Shown here piece after piece: positions 32,881 to 42,713 of a stretch of 64,000 nt of DNA (position 1 is its first letter; the number at the start of each line of letters is the position of its first letter). The notes below the pieces were generated by a model that saw nothing but the letters and a program-made list of their open reading frames with translations, was not told the origin of the DNA and did no database searches. The position numbers and the translations under genes are program-made. The stretch spans positions 1 to 64,000 of the forward strand of contig CAZPLO010000005.1 in assembly GCA_964587725.1 (NCBI GenBank), in the 5' to 3' direction. The stretch comes from an uncultured archaeon. GTDB taxonomy: Archaea; Altiarchaeota; Altiarchaeia; IMC4; SCGC-AAA252-I15.

Positions 32881-33015
32881 TTACATGAGTCCCATCAGCT
32901 TGAACACAACAACGGTCACCACTACGCCTACGACGAAGAAGATTATCCTGTCCTGGTGGCTTACTTCGTCGTGGACTATCGGGTGTTCCATTATTTTTGG
33001 TTGTTCCTCAGCCAT
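32881..33015 (-). CDS. Putative 44-aa membrane microprotein (MAEEQPKIMEHPIVHDEVSHQDRIIFFVVGVVVTVVVFKLMGLM)
   Basis: Hand translation; GAGGTGA SD just upstream; single TM helix. Confidence 0.65.
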   Translation of the reverse strand: MAEEQPKIMEHPIVHDEVSHQDRIIFFVVGVVVTVVVFKLMGLM

Positions 33016-33035
33016 TTTTCACCTCACAATTATCC

Positions 33036-33275
33036 TCACTTGGTTTGTTTCATGAGCAGCTCGAAGCCTTTCAATATTTTCGGGCCTAAGCCGGCGCTCA
33101 TGAGCTTCAAATACACTGCGTCGTCTCCCCGCTTCCTCGCTTCCTCGTTGACTTTGTTGAGGAAGTACGTCACTTGTCCGTGGGAGAGCTTCATCTTCCG
33201 GGCGACTTCGGCTTCCGTGTAGCCTAGTCCCCGGAGTTCAACAATCTTGGATTTCTGGAAGTCAGACAATACCAT
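33036..33275 (-). CDS. Small HTH DNA-binding protein
   Basis: LRGLGYTEAEVARKMKLSHGQVTYFL HTH; TTATTGCAATAA palindrome upstream at 33313. Confidence 0.75.
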   Translation of the reverse strand: MVLSDFQKSKIVELRGLGYTEAEVARKMKLSHGQVTYFLNKVNEEARKRGDDAVYLKLMSAGLGPKILKGFELLMKQTK

Positions 33276-33354
33276 ATCACATCACCACACTACGCCTACC
33301 ACCTGTTTACAATTATTGCAATAACCCTTTAAATATTTGATAAAAAGGGGGGTG

Positions 33355-34044
33355 TTAGTTTTTTTCGCGTTTCCGCCGCCATTCTTTGTGTGCCTGCAGG
33401 TTTCTCCGCAGTCTGTCGTCCATGGCTGTTAGTGCGCCGGGGTCTAGTTTTTCGGGGCCTGGTCTGGCGTATTCCTCCATGCGTTCCTCCATTTTCTTGG
33501 GGGTTGGGGGCCGCCATCCCTGCCGTAGTTTGCTCATGTATTCGACGTCGGTTTCGTGGTCTTCCACGAGCTGGAGTGTCTCCTTGATTCCGGTGCCCAT
33601 TTCCACGTGCAGTATGGGTCGGGCGAAGTCCCGCAGCCTCATCATCCTCTGCATGGGGCCTGTTTTTTCCTCCTCCGCCTTTTTTCCCTCCAGTTCCTTC
33701 ACCCTGTCCATGAGTTGTTCTATGTTTTCGCTGCTTTTCTCTATGACTTCTACGCCGGTGAGCTGGTCTTCGGGTTTTATGCCGGAGAATATTATCTTGT
33801 GTGTGAGGGGGTTCTGTTGTTCCGCGAGCTTCAGGATGTGGGCGGCGGTTACTCTGCCTTCCGGCCCCTCATACGGCTGCACGTTCACGTCCGCCACGAC
33901 GACGTCGTATTGCTCTTCCATGAGGCGGCCGTATGCCTCCTTGACGGAGTCCACCACCTCCGCAGGTATGCCCCTGCCTTCGTATTCGTCCTCCAGCAGA
34001 ACCCCCAGGTTGCGGTCGTCCTCCAGGTGCAGCACCCTGCCCAT
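33355..34044 (-). CDS. Response-regulator receiver-domain protein with unknown C-terminal region
   Basis: VLHLEDD, YDVVVAD (phospho-Asp), IIFSG and IEK motifs. Confidence 0.75.
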   Translation of the reverse strand: MGRVLHLEDDRNLGVLLEDEYEGRGIPAEVVDSVKEAYGRLMEEQYDVVVADVNVQPYEGPEGRVTAAHILKLAEQQNPLTHKIIFSGIKPEDQLTGVEVIEKSSENIEQLMDRVKELEGKKAEEEKTGPMQRMMRLRDFARPILHVEMGTGIKETLQLVEDHETDVEYMSKLRQGWRPPTPKKMEERMEEYARPGPEKLDPGALTAMDDRLRRNLQAHKEWRRKREKN

Positions 34045-34070
34045 ACACTATATTAGGGTTTTCAAGGGTA

Positions 34071-34337
34071 TTAGTATCGTATGTCGAAGCCTTTCAGCCC
34101 CTGTTCCTCCTCCCACTTCACCTCTACATCGTCTACGTGGGCTCCGGTGGGGCCTTTTTTGCACCACTGTATCATCGACCTTACAATGTCTTCTTCCCCT
34201 TCGAACACGGCTTCCACGCGTCCGTCGGACATGTTTCGCACCCACCCTGCGGCGCCCCGGGCTCTGGCCCTGTCTCTGGTTGAGGCCCTGTAGAATACTC
34301 CCTGCACTGTCCCGGTGACGTATACGTGGGCGCGCAT
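34071..34337 (-). CDS. acyP: Acylphosphatase
   Basis: GTVQGVFYR, GWVRN and GP motifs. Confidence 0.93.
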   Translation of the reverse strand: MRAHVYVTGTVQGVFYRASTRDRARARGAAGWVRNMSDGRVEAVFEGEEDIVRSMIQWCKKGPTGAHVDDVEVKWEEEQGLKGFDIRY

Positions 34338-34369
34338 CTTATAATATATTGGGTTCCTATATTAACGGG

Positions 34370-35293
34370 ATGAAGGCTAAGGCTTTGTGCAACGGCGCGG
34401 CCACTATTATCACGGGTTTCGCGACCGGCAAGGGGGGGGCGTTCGGCCTCGATTTGAAGAATGAGACGTCGGTGGAGTTGAACGACTCCGGTAAAATCGA
34501 GTCCGTAGTCAACGGCGAAGAGGATGTGGGGTTGAAGCTGGCTGAGGCGGCGGTTAAGAGAACCTGCGAAAAATACGGCATAGAATACAACGGCGCCTCA
34601 GTAAACACCGAATGCAACATCCCAGTGGCCGTCGGGCTGAAGACTTCGAGCGTCGCGGCGAACGCCATCGTTCTCGCAACCGCCGGAGCCATCGCCAAAG
34701 AAAAAGGGGAGGTCAAGGACATCCGGTTGAGCAAAACCTGTTCCGAGCAGAAGCTGTTCATCGGCGGCCGGGAAATCGAGCCGTTGGAACTCATTAACAT
34801 CGGGATTGACGCGGCCTTCGACGCCAAAGTCACTGCGACGGGCGCATTGGATGATGCGTCCGCGTCTTTTTTGGGCGGTTATACGGTCACGGATAATTTG
34901 AAGCGGGAGCTCGTGTATCACGGCGGCATGGAGGAGTTGGATGTGGTGATTTTTGTGCCGGACGGCAAGAGCTATTCCGGCGACATCAGGAAGGAGCAGG
35001 TGAAGGCGTTTGCAAAGGAGGTTGATTTAATCTGGGGTCAGGCCCGCGCTGAACGCGTGTACAGTGCCATCACCTTGAACGGGATGATACACTGTGTCTG
35101 CTTCAACTATCCCATGGAGCCTGCTGTGAAGGCGTTGGAGGCGGGGGCATTATGCGCGGGCTTGTCGGGCACGGGTCCGTCGGTCGTTGCCTTGACAAGG
35201 GAGGACCCTAAGGCCATCAAGGACGCGTGGAACGATTTCGAGGGCTCCGTCCTTCTAGCCAAGACGAACAATAATCAGGCGAAGCTACTATGA
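34370..35293 (+). CDS. aroK: Archaeal shikimate kinase (GHMP family)
   Basis: FATGKGGA, IPVAVGLKTSS, TGALDDASAS and GLSGTGPS motifs. Confidence 0.9.
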   Translation: MKAKALCNGAATIITGFATGKGGAFGLDLKNETSVELNDSGKIESVVNGEEDVGLKLAEAAVKRTCEKYGIEYNGASVNTECNIPVAVGLKTSSVAANAIVLATAGAIAKEKGEVKDIRLSKTCSEQKLFIGGREIEPLELINIGIDAAFDAKVTATGALDDASASFLGGYTVTDNLKRELVYHGGMEELDVVIFVPDGKSYSGDIRKEQVKAFAKEVDLIWGQARAERVYSAITLNGMIHCVCFNYPMEPAVKALEAGALCAGLSGTGPSVVALTREDPKAIKDAWNDFEGSVLLAKTNNNQAKLL

Positions 35294-35709
35294 CTGTCGT
35301 AACAGACCATATCGAGCTTAAAACGATTGCGGACGGCGGCATGCATGATATTACGGAGGAGGTTCAGCAGTGTGTGAGCAAATCCGGCCTCCAAAACGGC
35401 GTTGCCGTGGTTTTTTGTCCGGGCAGCACCGGCGCAATCTCAACGGTGGAGTTCGAGCCGGGCCTCCAGAAGGACATCCCCCTCGCATTGGAGCGCATTG
35501 CGCCGTCGGGCCAGCACTACTTCCACCACGAAACCTGGCATGATGACAACGGCCGCGGCCACGTCCGCGCCACATTAATAGGGCCGGATATTTCGGTCCC
35601 GTTCATTAAGGGGCAGTTGACACTAGGCACATGGCAGCAAATCGTCTTCATCGAATGCGACACCAAAAACCGCAATCGAAAGCTGATAGTGCAGGTGGTG
35701 GGGGAATAA
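35290..35709 (+). CDS. YjbQ/UPF0047 family protein
   Basis: GSTGAISTVEFEPGL, N..GHVRA and LGTWQQI motifs. Confidence 0.9.
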   Translation: MTVVTDHIELKTIADGGMHDITEEVQQCVSKSGLQNGVAVVFCPGSTGAISTVEFEPGLQKDIPLALERIAPSGQHYFHHETWHDDNGRGHVRATLIGPDISVPFIKGQLTLGTWQQIVFIECDTKNRNRKLIVQVVGE

Positions 35710-35719
35710 AAATTCTAGT
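35704..35719 (+). repeat. Left copy of a 16-bp imperfect direct repeat bracketing the CRISPR-Cas locus (partner 46520-46535)
   Basis: GAATAAAAATTCTAGT vs GAAATAAAATTCTAGT, 14/16. Confidence 0.45.
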
Positions 35720-35750
35720 ATTTTAAGCATTTTTCCTTCAAATACTAGAA
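35713..35750. terminator. Perfect 11-bp inverted repeat after yjbQ (terminator or protein-binding site)
   Basis: TTCTAGTATTT-N16-AAATACTAGAA. Confidence 0.5.
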
Positions 35751-36062
35751 AAAATCATTAAAATAGTAGAATCGTATGTGTGTCATTAGATATTTTTCCG
35801 CCAGTTTAGCGGTATTTCTGTATGCATCAATAGAACATACAGGATGATAGCTTTTGTTTGGAGAGGTAGTGTCCAGAGTAGGTATACTGTTGCTAGTGCC
35901 TTTAGTGGGAAGAGCGTATCCAGTTTTAGTTTCAGATGATAGGTGTCCATGGAGACTACTGTGGGGTATTGGTAGAAAAACCTTATGTGTCCTTTGGAAA
36001 AATTATTATTTTTCCTGTGGATGGAACCTATTTTTAAAAGAAAAACACCCAGAGTTAACTGG

Positions 36063-36839
36063 GTGGTTACGATACGCTTACTCCTAAAGCTTAGGTCGCT
36101 GAAAGACACAGCCTATGATGTTGAATACTACCACAAGCTACAAGGAGTGATATATAACGCTATTCGTTCGTTGTATCCGCAACTGCATGACTTGGATGGT
36201 TACCGTTTTTTCTGTTTCAGTAACATCTTTCCTCTGAAGGTTCAAAACGGCAGTATCCCGCCTATCCGTGAGGGCGGGAAACGGTATCTCATGGTCTCCA
36301 GCCCGGACAGGGCGTTCATCAAGGCCTTCCAAGATGGCTTGGATGAGGAAATCCATATCGGAGACATGAGTTTCCAGGTGGAGGACGTGAAGCCTTTAAA
36401 CATTAAACTGGACGGCGACTGCACTCTGGTGTCTGCCACCCCGATTGTGGTGCGTATCCCGGAATACAACTACGACAAATACAATATCCCCGAGGAATCA
36501 AGGAAAAACCGGTACGTCTACTGGCGCCGCAACCTGCCTTTCAACGTGTTCGTCCGCCAGATGGAGGAGAACCTGTACAAAAAATACAATGAATACCACA
36601 ACACACAGGTGGAAGAAGAACCATTATTCCAGCAGTTCAAACTCAAAAAAGCCCCGGTAATAACCCACACCATGATAGACGGACAAAAAATACAGTTAGT
36701 GGGAAGCCTATGGGAATTCCCCATAAAAAAACCCACCCAAAAACAAAAAAAGATACTGGAGTTTTCCCTGGACTGCGGGTTCGGGGAACGAAACCCACTA
36801 GGACACGGATACACAAACAAAAAACAAAAAAACACATAA
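36063..36839 (+). CDS. cas6: CRISPR endoribonuclease Cas6
   Basis: Y.HKLQG.IY, LHD...Y.FFCFS, TPI and GFGERNPLGHG G-rich loop; start uncertain. Confidence 0.92.
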   Translation: MVTIRLLLKLRSLKDTAYDVEYYHKLQGVIYNAIRSLYPQLHDLDGYRFFCFSNIFPLKVQNGSIPPIREGGKRYLMVSSPDRAFIKAFQDGLDEEIHIGDMSFQVEDVKPLNIKLDGDCTLVSATPIVVRIPEYNYDKYNIPEESRKNRYVYWRRNLPFNVFVRQMEENLYKKYNEYHNTQVEEEPLFQQFKLKKAPVITHTMIDGQKIQLVGSLWEFPIKKPTQKQKKILEFSLDCGFGERNPLGHGYTNKKQKNT

Positions 36840-36842
36840 AAA

Positions 36843-38198
36843 ATGCAGAAAGAAGTACTATACCAAACAACAGGAAACCCCTTTGTGGACGCTGGAATGT
36901 GGGCCATATGTGAATGGGTGGGAAAAAATAATCCAGAGAAGATAACTAAAGAAGATTTGAAAAAGGCGGTAGATGATGTTGTTCCAATATACCTCACCAA
37001 AGGTTGGTCTAAGAGTTTCCAATCCATCTTTCCTAATAATCCGGTGATTAATCCATCTGTCAAAAAGGAAGACAAGAAGAAACGATTTATGGATTACCTT
37101 AATCTACTCATAGACTCCAGTGAAACATTAGGGAGTTCGGGATGTTGTGTGAGCTGTGGCCAGAGAGATACAACAAGACTTAGAAAAAAGGATGAAATAC
37201 CATTACTGGGTTCTGGGGGACTCATCAATTTTTTTCCCATGGGGCAGGAGGGTGCAGATTATTGTCCCACATGCACATTTGCAGTTCAATTCGCACCCCT
37301 ATCTCTCTATTCCTGCTTTAGATTACTTCTATTACATTCAAATTCAGAAAAAGTTATGAAGTATTGGTCAAGAAAGGCCATTAGTGAAGTTCGGGGACAG
37401 GTTATTAAAAAAGATTATACCGGTTGTTTTGATGAGGGTTATAAGAATGCTGAAAATGCAATGTTTCACATTATTCAAGACATTATACTTGAATATGATG
37501 AAAAATGGCTACAAGAGAATCCATCGATTATTTTTTACCGTTTCACCAACTACATACAAACCCCTGACCTAGAAATTTATCGAGTGCCCACACCTGTTTT
37601 TAGATTTCTCTCATATGTGAAGCAACACCATGCATACAGCGAATGGCAAAAAGTTGTGAGGAAGGGATATGTTAATATTAATTGGGATAAAGTTAAGGCT
37701 GAAGGAGACTACAGGAATAAACGGAACAAAGTTTACTTTAATCTTTTGAATAATCACTCAATAACCGGTTTCTTTGTAGAAAATAAAGGGAGAAAAGTTA
37801 TAGGTGATTGGAGTCTTTTTTCATATTACTTAGAGGAGGTACGAAACATGGATAAGAAACGATTGGCAACGCTTAAAAAAGTCGGGGATGAACTGTCTGA
37901 ATATATCAAAAAGACAGAAAATATTACACGGTTGAATCAACTTGAAATGGCAAAAAAATACTACACTTTTAGAAACATTTTAAGAAAGATAATAAAAGAG
38001 CGGGTTAAAATAGGGGAGAAAACCCCATTATTTTCATTGGAGGAATACGTGGAAGACTTATTTCCTGAAGGTGCAATGGGATGGAATGAAACACGAGATA
38101 TCCTACTGTTTAGGATATACGAAAATCTTCATGGCTGGCTTATAAGCCGAAAGGATGTAAAAGAAAATGTAATTGAGGAAGAAATGGAGGAGGAATAA
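36843..38198 (+). CDS. cas8b: Type I-B large subunit Cas8b1 (Cst1-like)
   Basis: TGNPFVDAG, CVSC...CPTC zinc motifs; position between cas6 and cas7. Confidence 0.85.
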   Translation: MQKEVLYQTTGNPFVDAGMWAICEWVGKNNPEKITKEDLKKAVDDVVPIYLTKGWSKSFQSIFPNNPVINPSVKKEDKKKRFMDYLNLLIDSSETLGSSGCCVSCGQRDTTRLRKKDEIPLLGSGGLINFFPMGQEGADYCPTCTFAVQFAPLSLYSCFRLLLLHSNSEKVMKYWSRKAISEVRGQVIKKDYTGCFDEGYKNAENAMFHIIQDIILEYDEKWLQENPSIIFYRFTNYIQTPDLEIYRVPTPVFRFLSYVKQHHAYSEWQKVVRKGYVNINWDKVKAEGDYRNKRNKVYFNLLNNHSITGFFVENKGRKVIGDWSLFSYYLEEVRNMDKKRLATLKKVGDELSEYIKKTENITRLNQLEMAKKYYTFRNILRKIIKERVKIGEKTPLFSLEEYVEDLFPEGAMGWNETRDILLFRIYENLHGWLISRKDVKENVIEEEMEEE

Positions 38199-38200
38199 AA

Positions 38201-39205
38201 ATGACGAAAAATGTGAATGGATTTATGTTGGTAGATGCGCCACATTCTGCTTTAAATAATGCAGGCATGGATGCTGGAGAACGGACAGATAACATTGTTC
38301 GTGTTAAAACAATAAGGCGTGGAAGAGATGTTTATCCCTATGTCTCTGGCCAGGCACTACGATACTGGTGGCGAGACACCTTAGGAAAAAAATTTGGGTG
38401 GAAGCTATCCCCAGTAAAACGCGAGAAAAAAGTTGCCTTCACTGAAGCCAATCCAGTGGAATACGATGACGACGACGTCTTTGGTTATATGAGGGCTCTA
38501 AAAAAGGAGGACGGTGGGACAGTAACTCGTATTTCCCCATTGAAAAACTCCCCGCTAATGTCTGTTATACCACAAAGACCTACTAGTGATTTTGGAGTGA
38601 TGGCAAGGCAAGATGAAGGAGATCCGGTACCCTATGAACATGAATTTTATTCAACCGTATTGAAAAGCATCTTCTCTCTCGATCTAGATTATATAGGTGT
38701 TTTCCATGAGAAGGAAAAGACAGGTTATAAAAATATGTACCCCGAACTAATGAGGGTAGCAAAGAAAAACAAGGCAAAACAGGATGATGGAAAATGGATT
38801 ATGCCTAAAAAAGTGAGGCAAAAGAGGGCTATGGAGGTCATAAAGGCTTTACCCTATCTCAGTGGAGGTGCAAAATTAACTCCCCACTTAACCGATGTCT
38901 CTCCAAAGCTGATATTACTAACGGTTTTGGATTGTGGGAACCATATTTTCATGAATCTAGCTCAAGAAGAAGACGGGAAACCAACGGTCAGCATCGATGC
39001 TTTCAACCAAGTGGTTGAAGACTACTCGGATAACATATTAACTGATATATACATCGGGCGGAGGGAGGGATTCATGGACGACTTAGACGGAGAATTCAAG
39101 AGTCTTGTGAAAGAACATAGTGGTAAAGAAAATAAGGTAGTTTATGGATCAGTCAATGACATAGTAGATGGATTTGTCGAGGAAATAAAATCTCTGATGA
39201 GTTAG
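38201..39205 (+). CDS. cas7: Type I-B Cas7 (Cst2/DevR)
   Basis: SALNNAG, YPYVSGQALRYWWR, DDDVFGYMRA and PY.HEFY motifs. Confidence 0.92.
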   Translation: MTKNVNGFMLVDAPHSALNNAGMDAGERTDNIVRVKTIRRGRDVYPYVSGQALRYWWRDTLGKKFGWKLSPVKREKKVAFTEANPVEYDDDDVFGYMRALKKEDGGTVTRISPLKNSPLMSVIPQRPTSDFGVMARQDEGDPVPYEHEFYSTVLKSIFSLDLDYIGVFHEKEKTGYKNMYPELMRVAKKNKAKQDDGKWIMPKKVRQKRAMEVIKALPYLSGGAKLTPHLTDVSPKLILLTVLDCGNHIFMNLAQEEDGKPTVSIDAFNQVVEDYSDNILTDIYIGRREGFMDDLDGEFKSLVKEHSGKENKVVYGSVNDIVDGFVEEIKSLMS

Positions 39206-39835
39206 ATGATGAAGGCATTAAGGGTCACTATAGAAGGATGGACAGCATCCTTTAGGCATCCTGGATTTATCAGTGGATATCAACCCACATTACCTTCTCC
39301 TCCCTTGAGCACAATCTTTGGGTTAATATCTGCTGCGAAAGGCGAACCGGTAACTCCAGAGGATATAACAGTGGGTTATGTGTTCACTTCAGAATCTACT
39401 GGAGTAGACTTGGAGACAATATACGAGTTAAGTCCGAATTTGAAGGCTAAATCAAATGTTGTCAAACGCGAATTTCTCCTGAACCCTGTCTTACACTTAT
39501 ACTTAAATGACGTAAGCTACGAGAAATATTTCAAAAAACCAGCATACCCTCTACTTTTAGGTAGATCAAGCGACTTGGCAGTAGTTACAAGTATAGAAGA
39601 AGTGGACTTGGCTCAAAGAAAAAACGTTCAGTTGGGTAATACTATCCTCCCTTTAGAAGTTTCTAGTGCTCAGGGGGTGGTTAAGGCATTACCAACACAC
39701 TTCACTGATTCCATACCCCGAAGGGCAAGAGGAACCCGACCATTCATCCTATCCGACACACTCTTCACATACCCAGGAGAATGCTTATATGACGAAGAGA
39801 AGGGGTGGGGCGTATGGCTGCATGAAAATAGGTGA
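39206..39835 (+). CDS. cas5: Type I-B Cas5
   Basis: WTASFRHP, TLPSPPLSTIFGLISAA and LLGRSSDL motifs. Confidence 0.92.
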   Translation: MMKALRVTIEGWTASFRHPGFISGYQPTLPSPPLSTIFGLISAAKGEPVTPEDITVGYVFTSESTGVDLETIYELSPNLKAKSNVVKREFLLNPVLHLYLNDVSYEKYFKKPAYPLLLGRSSDLAVVTSIEEVDLAQRKNVQLGNTILPLEVSSAQGVVKALPTHFTDSIPRRARGTRPFILSDTLFTYPGECLYDEEKGWGVWLHENR

Positions 39836-42041
39836 TACGCCCTTGGTTCTTCTCGCAAAACCTGATGAAACCATCCTAGAACACACAGAGAATGCCTTAT
39901 CTGTTTTTAAAAGTATTAGAGAATCCTTTCCACACATAGCACAACTATGTGGAGTTGATGATTTTTGGGAACACTTATTCCTTTCGATTTTCTTCCATGA
40001 TTTTGGAAAAGCAGCCACGGGTTTCCAGAAAATGCTTAAGTACGGTAAAAAGTGGGGATACCGGCATGAAATACTCTCGGCAGGATTCGTGAGTTCGTTA
40101 GAGTATAGCAATCCACTATACAAAGACGCAGTGGGGTTAACTATAATAACACATCACAAGGATATAATGGAGTTAAGGAGTAGATATAACACATATCCCA
40201 GCCCTGTAGGTAAAATAGAATATGAAAACAGGTTATCTGAACTTGAAGAAAACTTTTATGAAATATCTGATTATTTCGACCATCTACCTAAAATGAGTAA
40301 AAAATATTTAGGATATTCTCTTTCCTTATCACCCCCAAACTCGATTAATGATTTGACCGATACATATAAAGAAATTGTTCTTGAGTATTGGAATAATTAT
40401 TCGGATAGAAACAAGACAATCCTTCATGGTAAATACGGCATATTTCTAAAAGGTTTGTTAAATGCATGCGACCACTTGTCTTCTGCAAAAAAAAGAACTA
40501 TCTTAAATGCTGTAGAGGATATGAGACAAGTGTTTCCTTTTGAAGAGTTAAGAGAGATTCAGGAAAAATCTCTTAAAACTAAAGGCAATTCATTTTTAAC
40601 AGCCCCTACCGGAAGTGGCAAAACGGAGGCTGCATTATTTTGGAGTGATGCAAACCAAAATAGGATACGATCTCGAAGAGTCTTTTATTTGTTACCATAC
40701 ACTGCAAGTATTAATGCAATGTATCAGAGACTACAATCTGCTTTTGGAAGAAAGGATTTAGTTGGGCTAAAACATGGCAAAGCAACCTATTTTCTATACA
40801 AAACTTTTTCAGAAGATCATGATTATTATACTGCCAGAGAGAAAGCCAGAGAAATCAGTAATCTCACAAAAAAGATATATCGACCATATAAAGTTATGAC
40901 TCCTTTTCAACTTCTAAAAGCGTTTTTTGGAGCCAAATATTTCGAACTTCAAATGTCTGAGATGAGTAATTCTCTAATTATCTTGGATGAGATCCATTCA
41001 TATGATGCACACACAACTGCTTTGATACTTGAGATGTTGAAGATTCTAACCAAGGAATATCAATCAGATATATTTATAATGTCTGCTACATTACCTTCAT
41101 TTATTAAAGAGATGTTTCGCCAAGAGTTGGATATTCATGCTGAAATTTTCATGGATAAGTCTAAATTAAAAGAATTTACAAGACATAAAATCAATTTGAT
41201 AGATGGTGACATTCTACAACATATTGATAAAATCAAGGAGGATATTAAAGACAAAAAAAGACTATTGGTTGTATGTAACACAGTCTCAAGGGCTCAAGAA
41301 GTATTCCAATTTCTGTCTCCTGGAATAAAAAGTGCTCTGTTACATGGCAAATTTGTTCTAAAAGATAGAGAGCGTATTGAGGGAAAACTTAATAATGTGG
41401 ATCTTCTTGTCGGAACACAAGCCATTGAAGTATCCTTGGACATTGACTATGATGTCATATACTCAGAACCTGCACCAATCGATGCATTAATACAACGTTT
41501 TGGGCGTGTTAATAGAAAAGGGTGGATGAAAAATATAATAGTGCCAGTTTATGTGTTCACTAAAGGATCTGATAATGATAAATACATCTATGATTCAGAG
41601 ATTGTCAAGACAACTTTAGATAGTCTTAATGGACTAAATTTGCTTTCAGAGGATATTATTCAAGATATAGTTGATAAGATATACTCTGACGGGTATACTG
41701 GTAAAAAGAGGGAAGAATTTAATCAAGTTGTAAAACATTTCAAAAAATTCTACGAAGATGTTGTCCCTTTCATTTACAAAAAAGAAAAAATGGAGGAATT
41801 TTACTCTCTATTCAAATCCTATGAAGTTGTCCCGCTTCAATATAAATTAGATTATCTCAATGAAATTGAAAACAAAAAATATCTAAACGCTTTGGGTTAC
41901 TTCACCTCTATAAGTGTGGGTCAATTTAAAAAACTTGAAAAAGAAAACAGGATAATACAAGAACAAGACACTTTCTTTGTTAATTCGGAGTACAATACAG
42001 AATTGGGTATCCTATTGGCAGAAGAAGACAATATAATCTAA
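39822..42041 (+). CDS. cas3: CRISPR helicase/nuclease Cas3 (HD + SF2)
   Basis: HDFGKA HD domain, APTGSGKT, DEIH, MSAT and QRFGRVNR motifs. Confidence 0.95.
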   Translation: MKIGDTPLVLLAKPDETILEHTENALSVFKSIRESFPHIAQLCGVDDFWEHLFLSIFFHDFGKAATGFQKMLKYGKKWGYRHEILSAGFVSSLEYSNPLYKDAVGLTIITHHKDIMELRSRYNTYPSPVGKIEYENRLSELEENFYEISDYFDHLPKMSKKYLGYSLSLSPPNSINDLTDTYKEIVLEYWNNYSDRNKTILHGKYGIFLKGLLNACDHLSSAKKRTILNAVEDMRQVFPFEELREIQEKSLKTKGNSFLTAPTGSGKTEAALFWSDANQNRIRSRRVFYLLPYTASINAMYQRLQSAFGRKDLVGLKHGKATYFLYKTFSEDHDYYTAREKAREISNLTKKIYRPYKVMTPFQLLKAFFGAKYFELQMSEMSNSLIILDEIHSYDAHTTALILEMLKILTKEYQSDIFIMSATLPSFIKEMFRQELDIHAEIFMDKSKLKEFTRHKINLIDGDILQHIDKIKEDIKDKKRLLVVCNTVSRAQEVFQFLSPGIKSALLHGKFVLKDRERIEGKLNNVDLLVGTQAIEVSLDIDYDVIYSEPAPIDALIQRFGRVNRKGWMKNIIVPVYVFTKGSDNDKYIYDSEIVKTTLDSLNGLNLLSEDIIQDIVDKIYSDGYTGKKREEFNQVVKHFKKFYEDVVPFIYKKEKMEEFYSLFKSYEVVPLQYKLDYLNEIENKKYLNALGYFTSISVGQFKKLEKENRIIQEQDTFFVNSEYNTELGILLAEEDNII

Positions 42042-42176
42042 TTGTTTTTGGGTAATAGAGTTTTGAGTGAGTTTTTGTCTCTTTGTGTGTTTTTTTACCA
42101 TCTTTTTGTTTTCTTTACTATACTTTTTTCGTCATTGAACATCAAGATATTATGTGAGGGTGTATGGGTGATTGAT

Positions 42177-42713
42177 ATGGTGGACAGAGGACAGGCAACA
42201 GGAGAGCCATCTTACGTGCCTCCTCAGGCTTATTTCACTGGCACTCAGGTAAACTATTTTATCGTCTGTAGGAGGAAGTTGTGGTTGTTTAGTCGTTTTG
42301 TTCGTTTGGAGCAGGAGAGTGAGTTGGTTAAGTTGGGTAAACTCTTGCATGAGGGTAGTTATCGCAGGTCTAAGGAGGTTGATCTGGGGCCTATTGTTGT
42401 TGATTTCATGAGGGAGGGGGAGGATCTTGTTTTGCATGAGGTGAAGAAGAGCCGGAAGCTGGAGGACGCCCACGTCTATCAGATGTTGTATTACCTGTAT
42501 TATTTGAAGCAGAAGGGTGTTGTGGCGGTGGGTCGGATTGATTATCCGAAAATCCGTAAGACGGAGGATGTGGTGCTGACTCCTGAAAAAGAGGAGGAGG
42601 TGGAGGGTATTTTAGAGTCTATACGTGATGTTTTAAGTAGAGATAGGCCTCCGGAGGTTGAGAAAAAGCGGATTTGCCGGAAGTGTAGTTATTTTGAGTT
42701 TTGTTGGGCATGA
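42177..42713 (+). CDS. cas4: CRISPR exonuclease Cas4
   Basis: GTQVNYF.VC.RKLWLF, HEVKKS, Q..YY and C..CSY..FC motifs. Confidence 0.93.
   Translation: MVDRGQATGEPSYVPPQAYFTGTQVNYFIVCRRKLWLFSRFVRLEQESELVKLGKLLHEGSYRRSKEVDLGPIVVDFMREGEDLVLHEVKKSRKLEDAHVYQMLYYLYYLKQKGVVAVGRIDYPKIRKTEDVVLTPEKEEEVEGILESIRDVLSRDRPPEVEKKRICRKCSYFEFCWA

Noticed and set aside
35786-36109. ORFs 35786-36109 (-) and 35854-36087 (+) upstream of cas6
   Set aside because: No motifs, atypical composition, and overlap with hairpins and the cas6 start
42042-42176. Possible mini-array or regulatory RNA between cas3 and cas4, and the ORF-track N-terminal extension of Cas4
   Set aside because: Low-complexity T-rich DNA with no repeat similarity beyond ATTGAA; the extension is an artefact of T-richness
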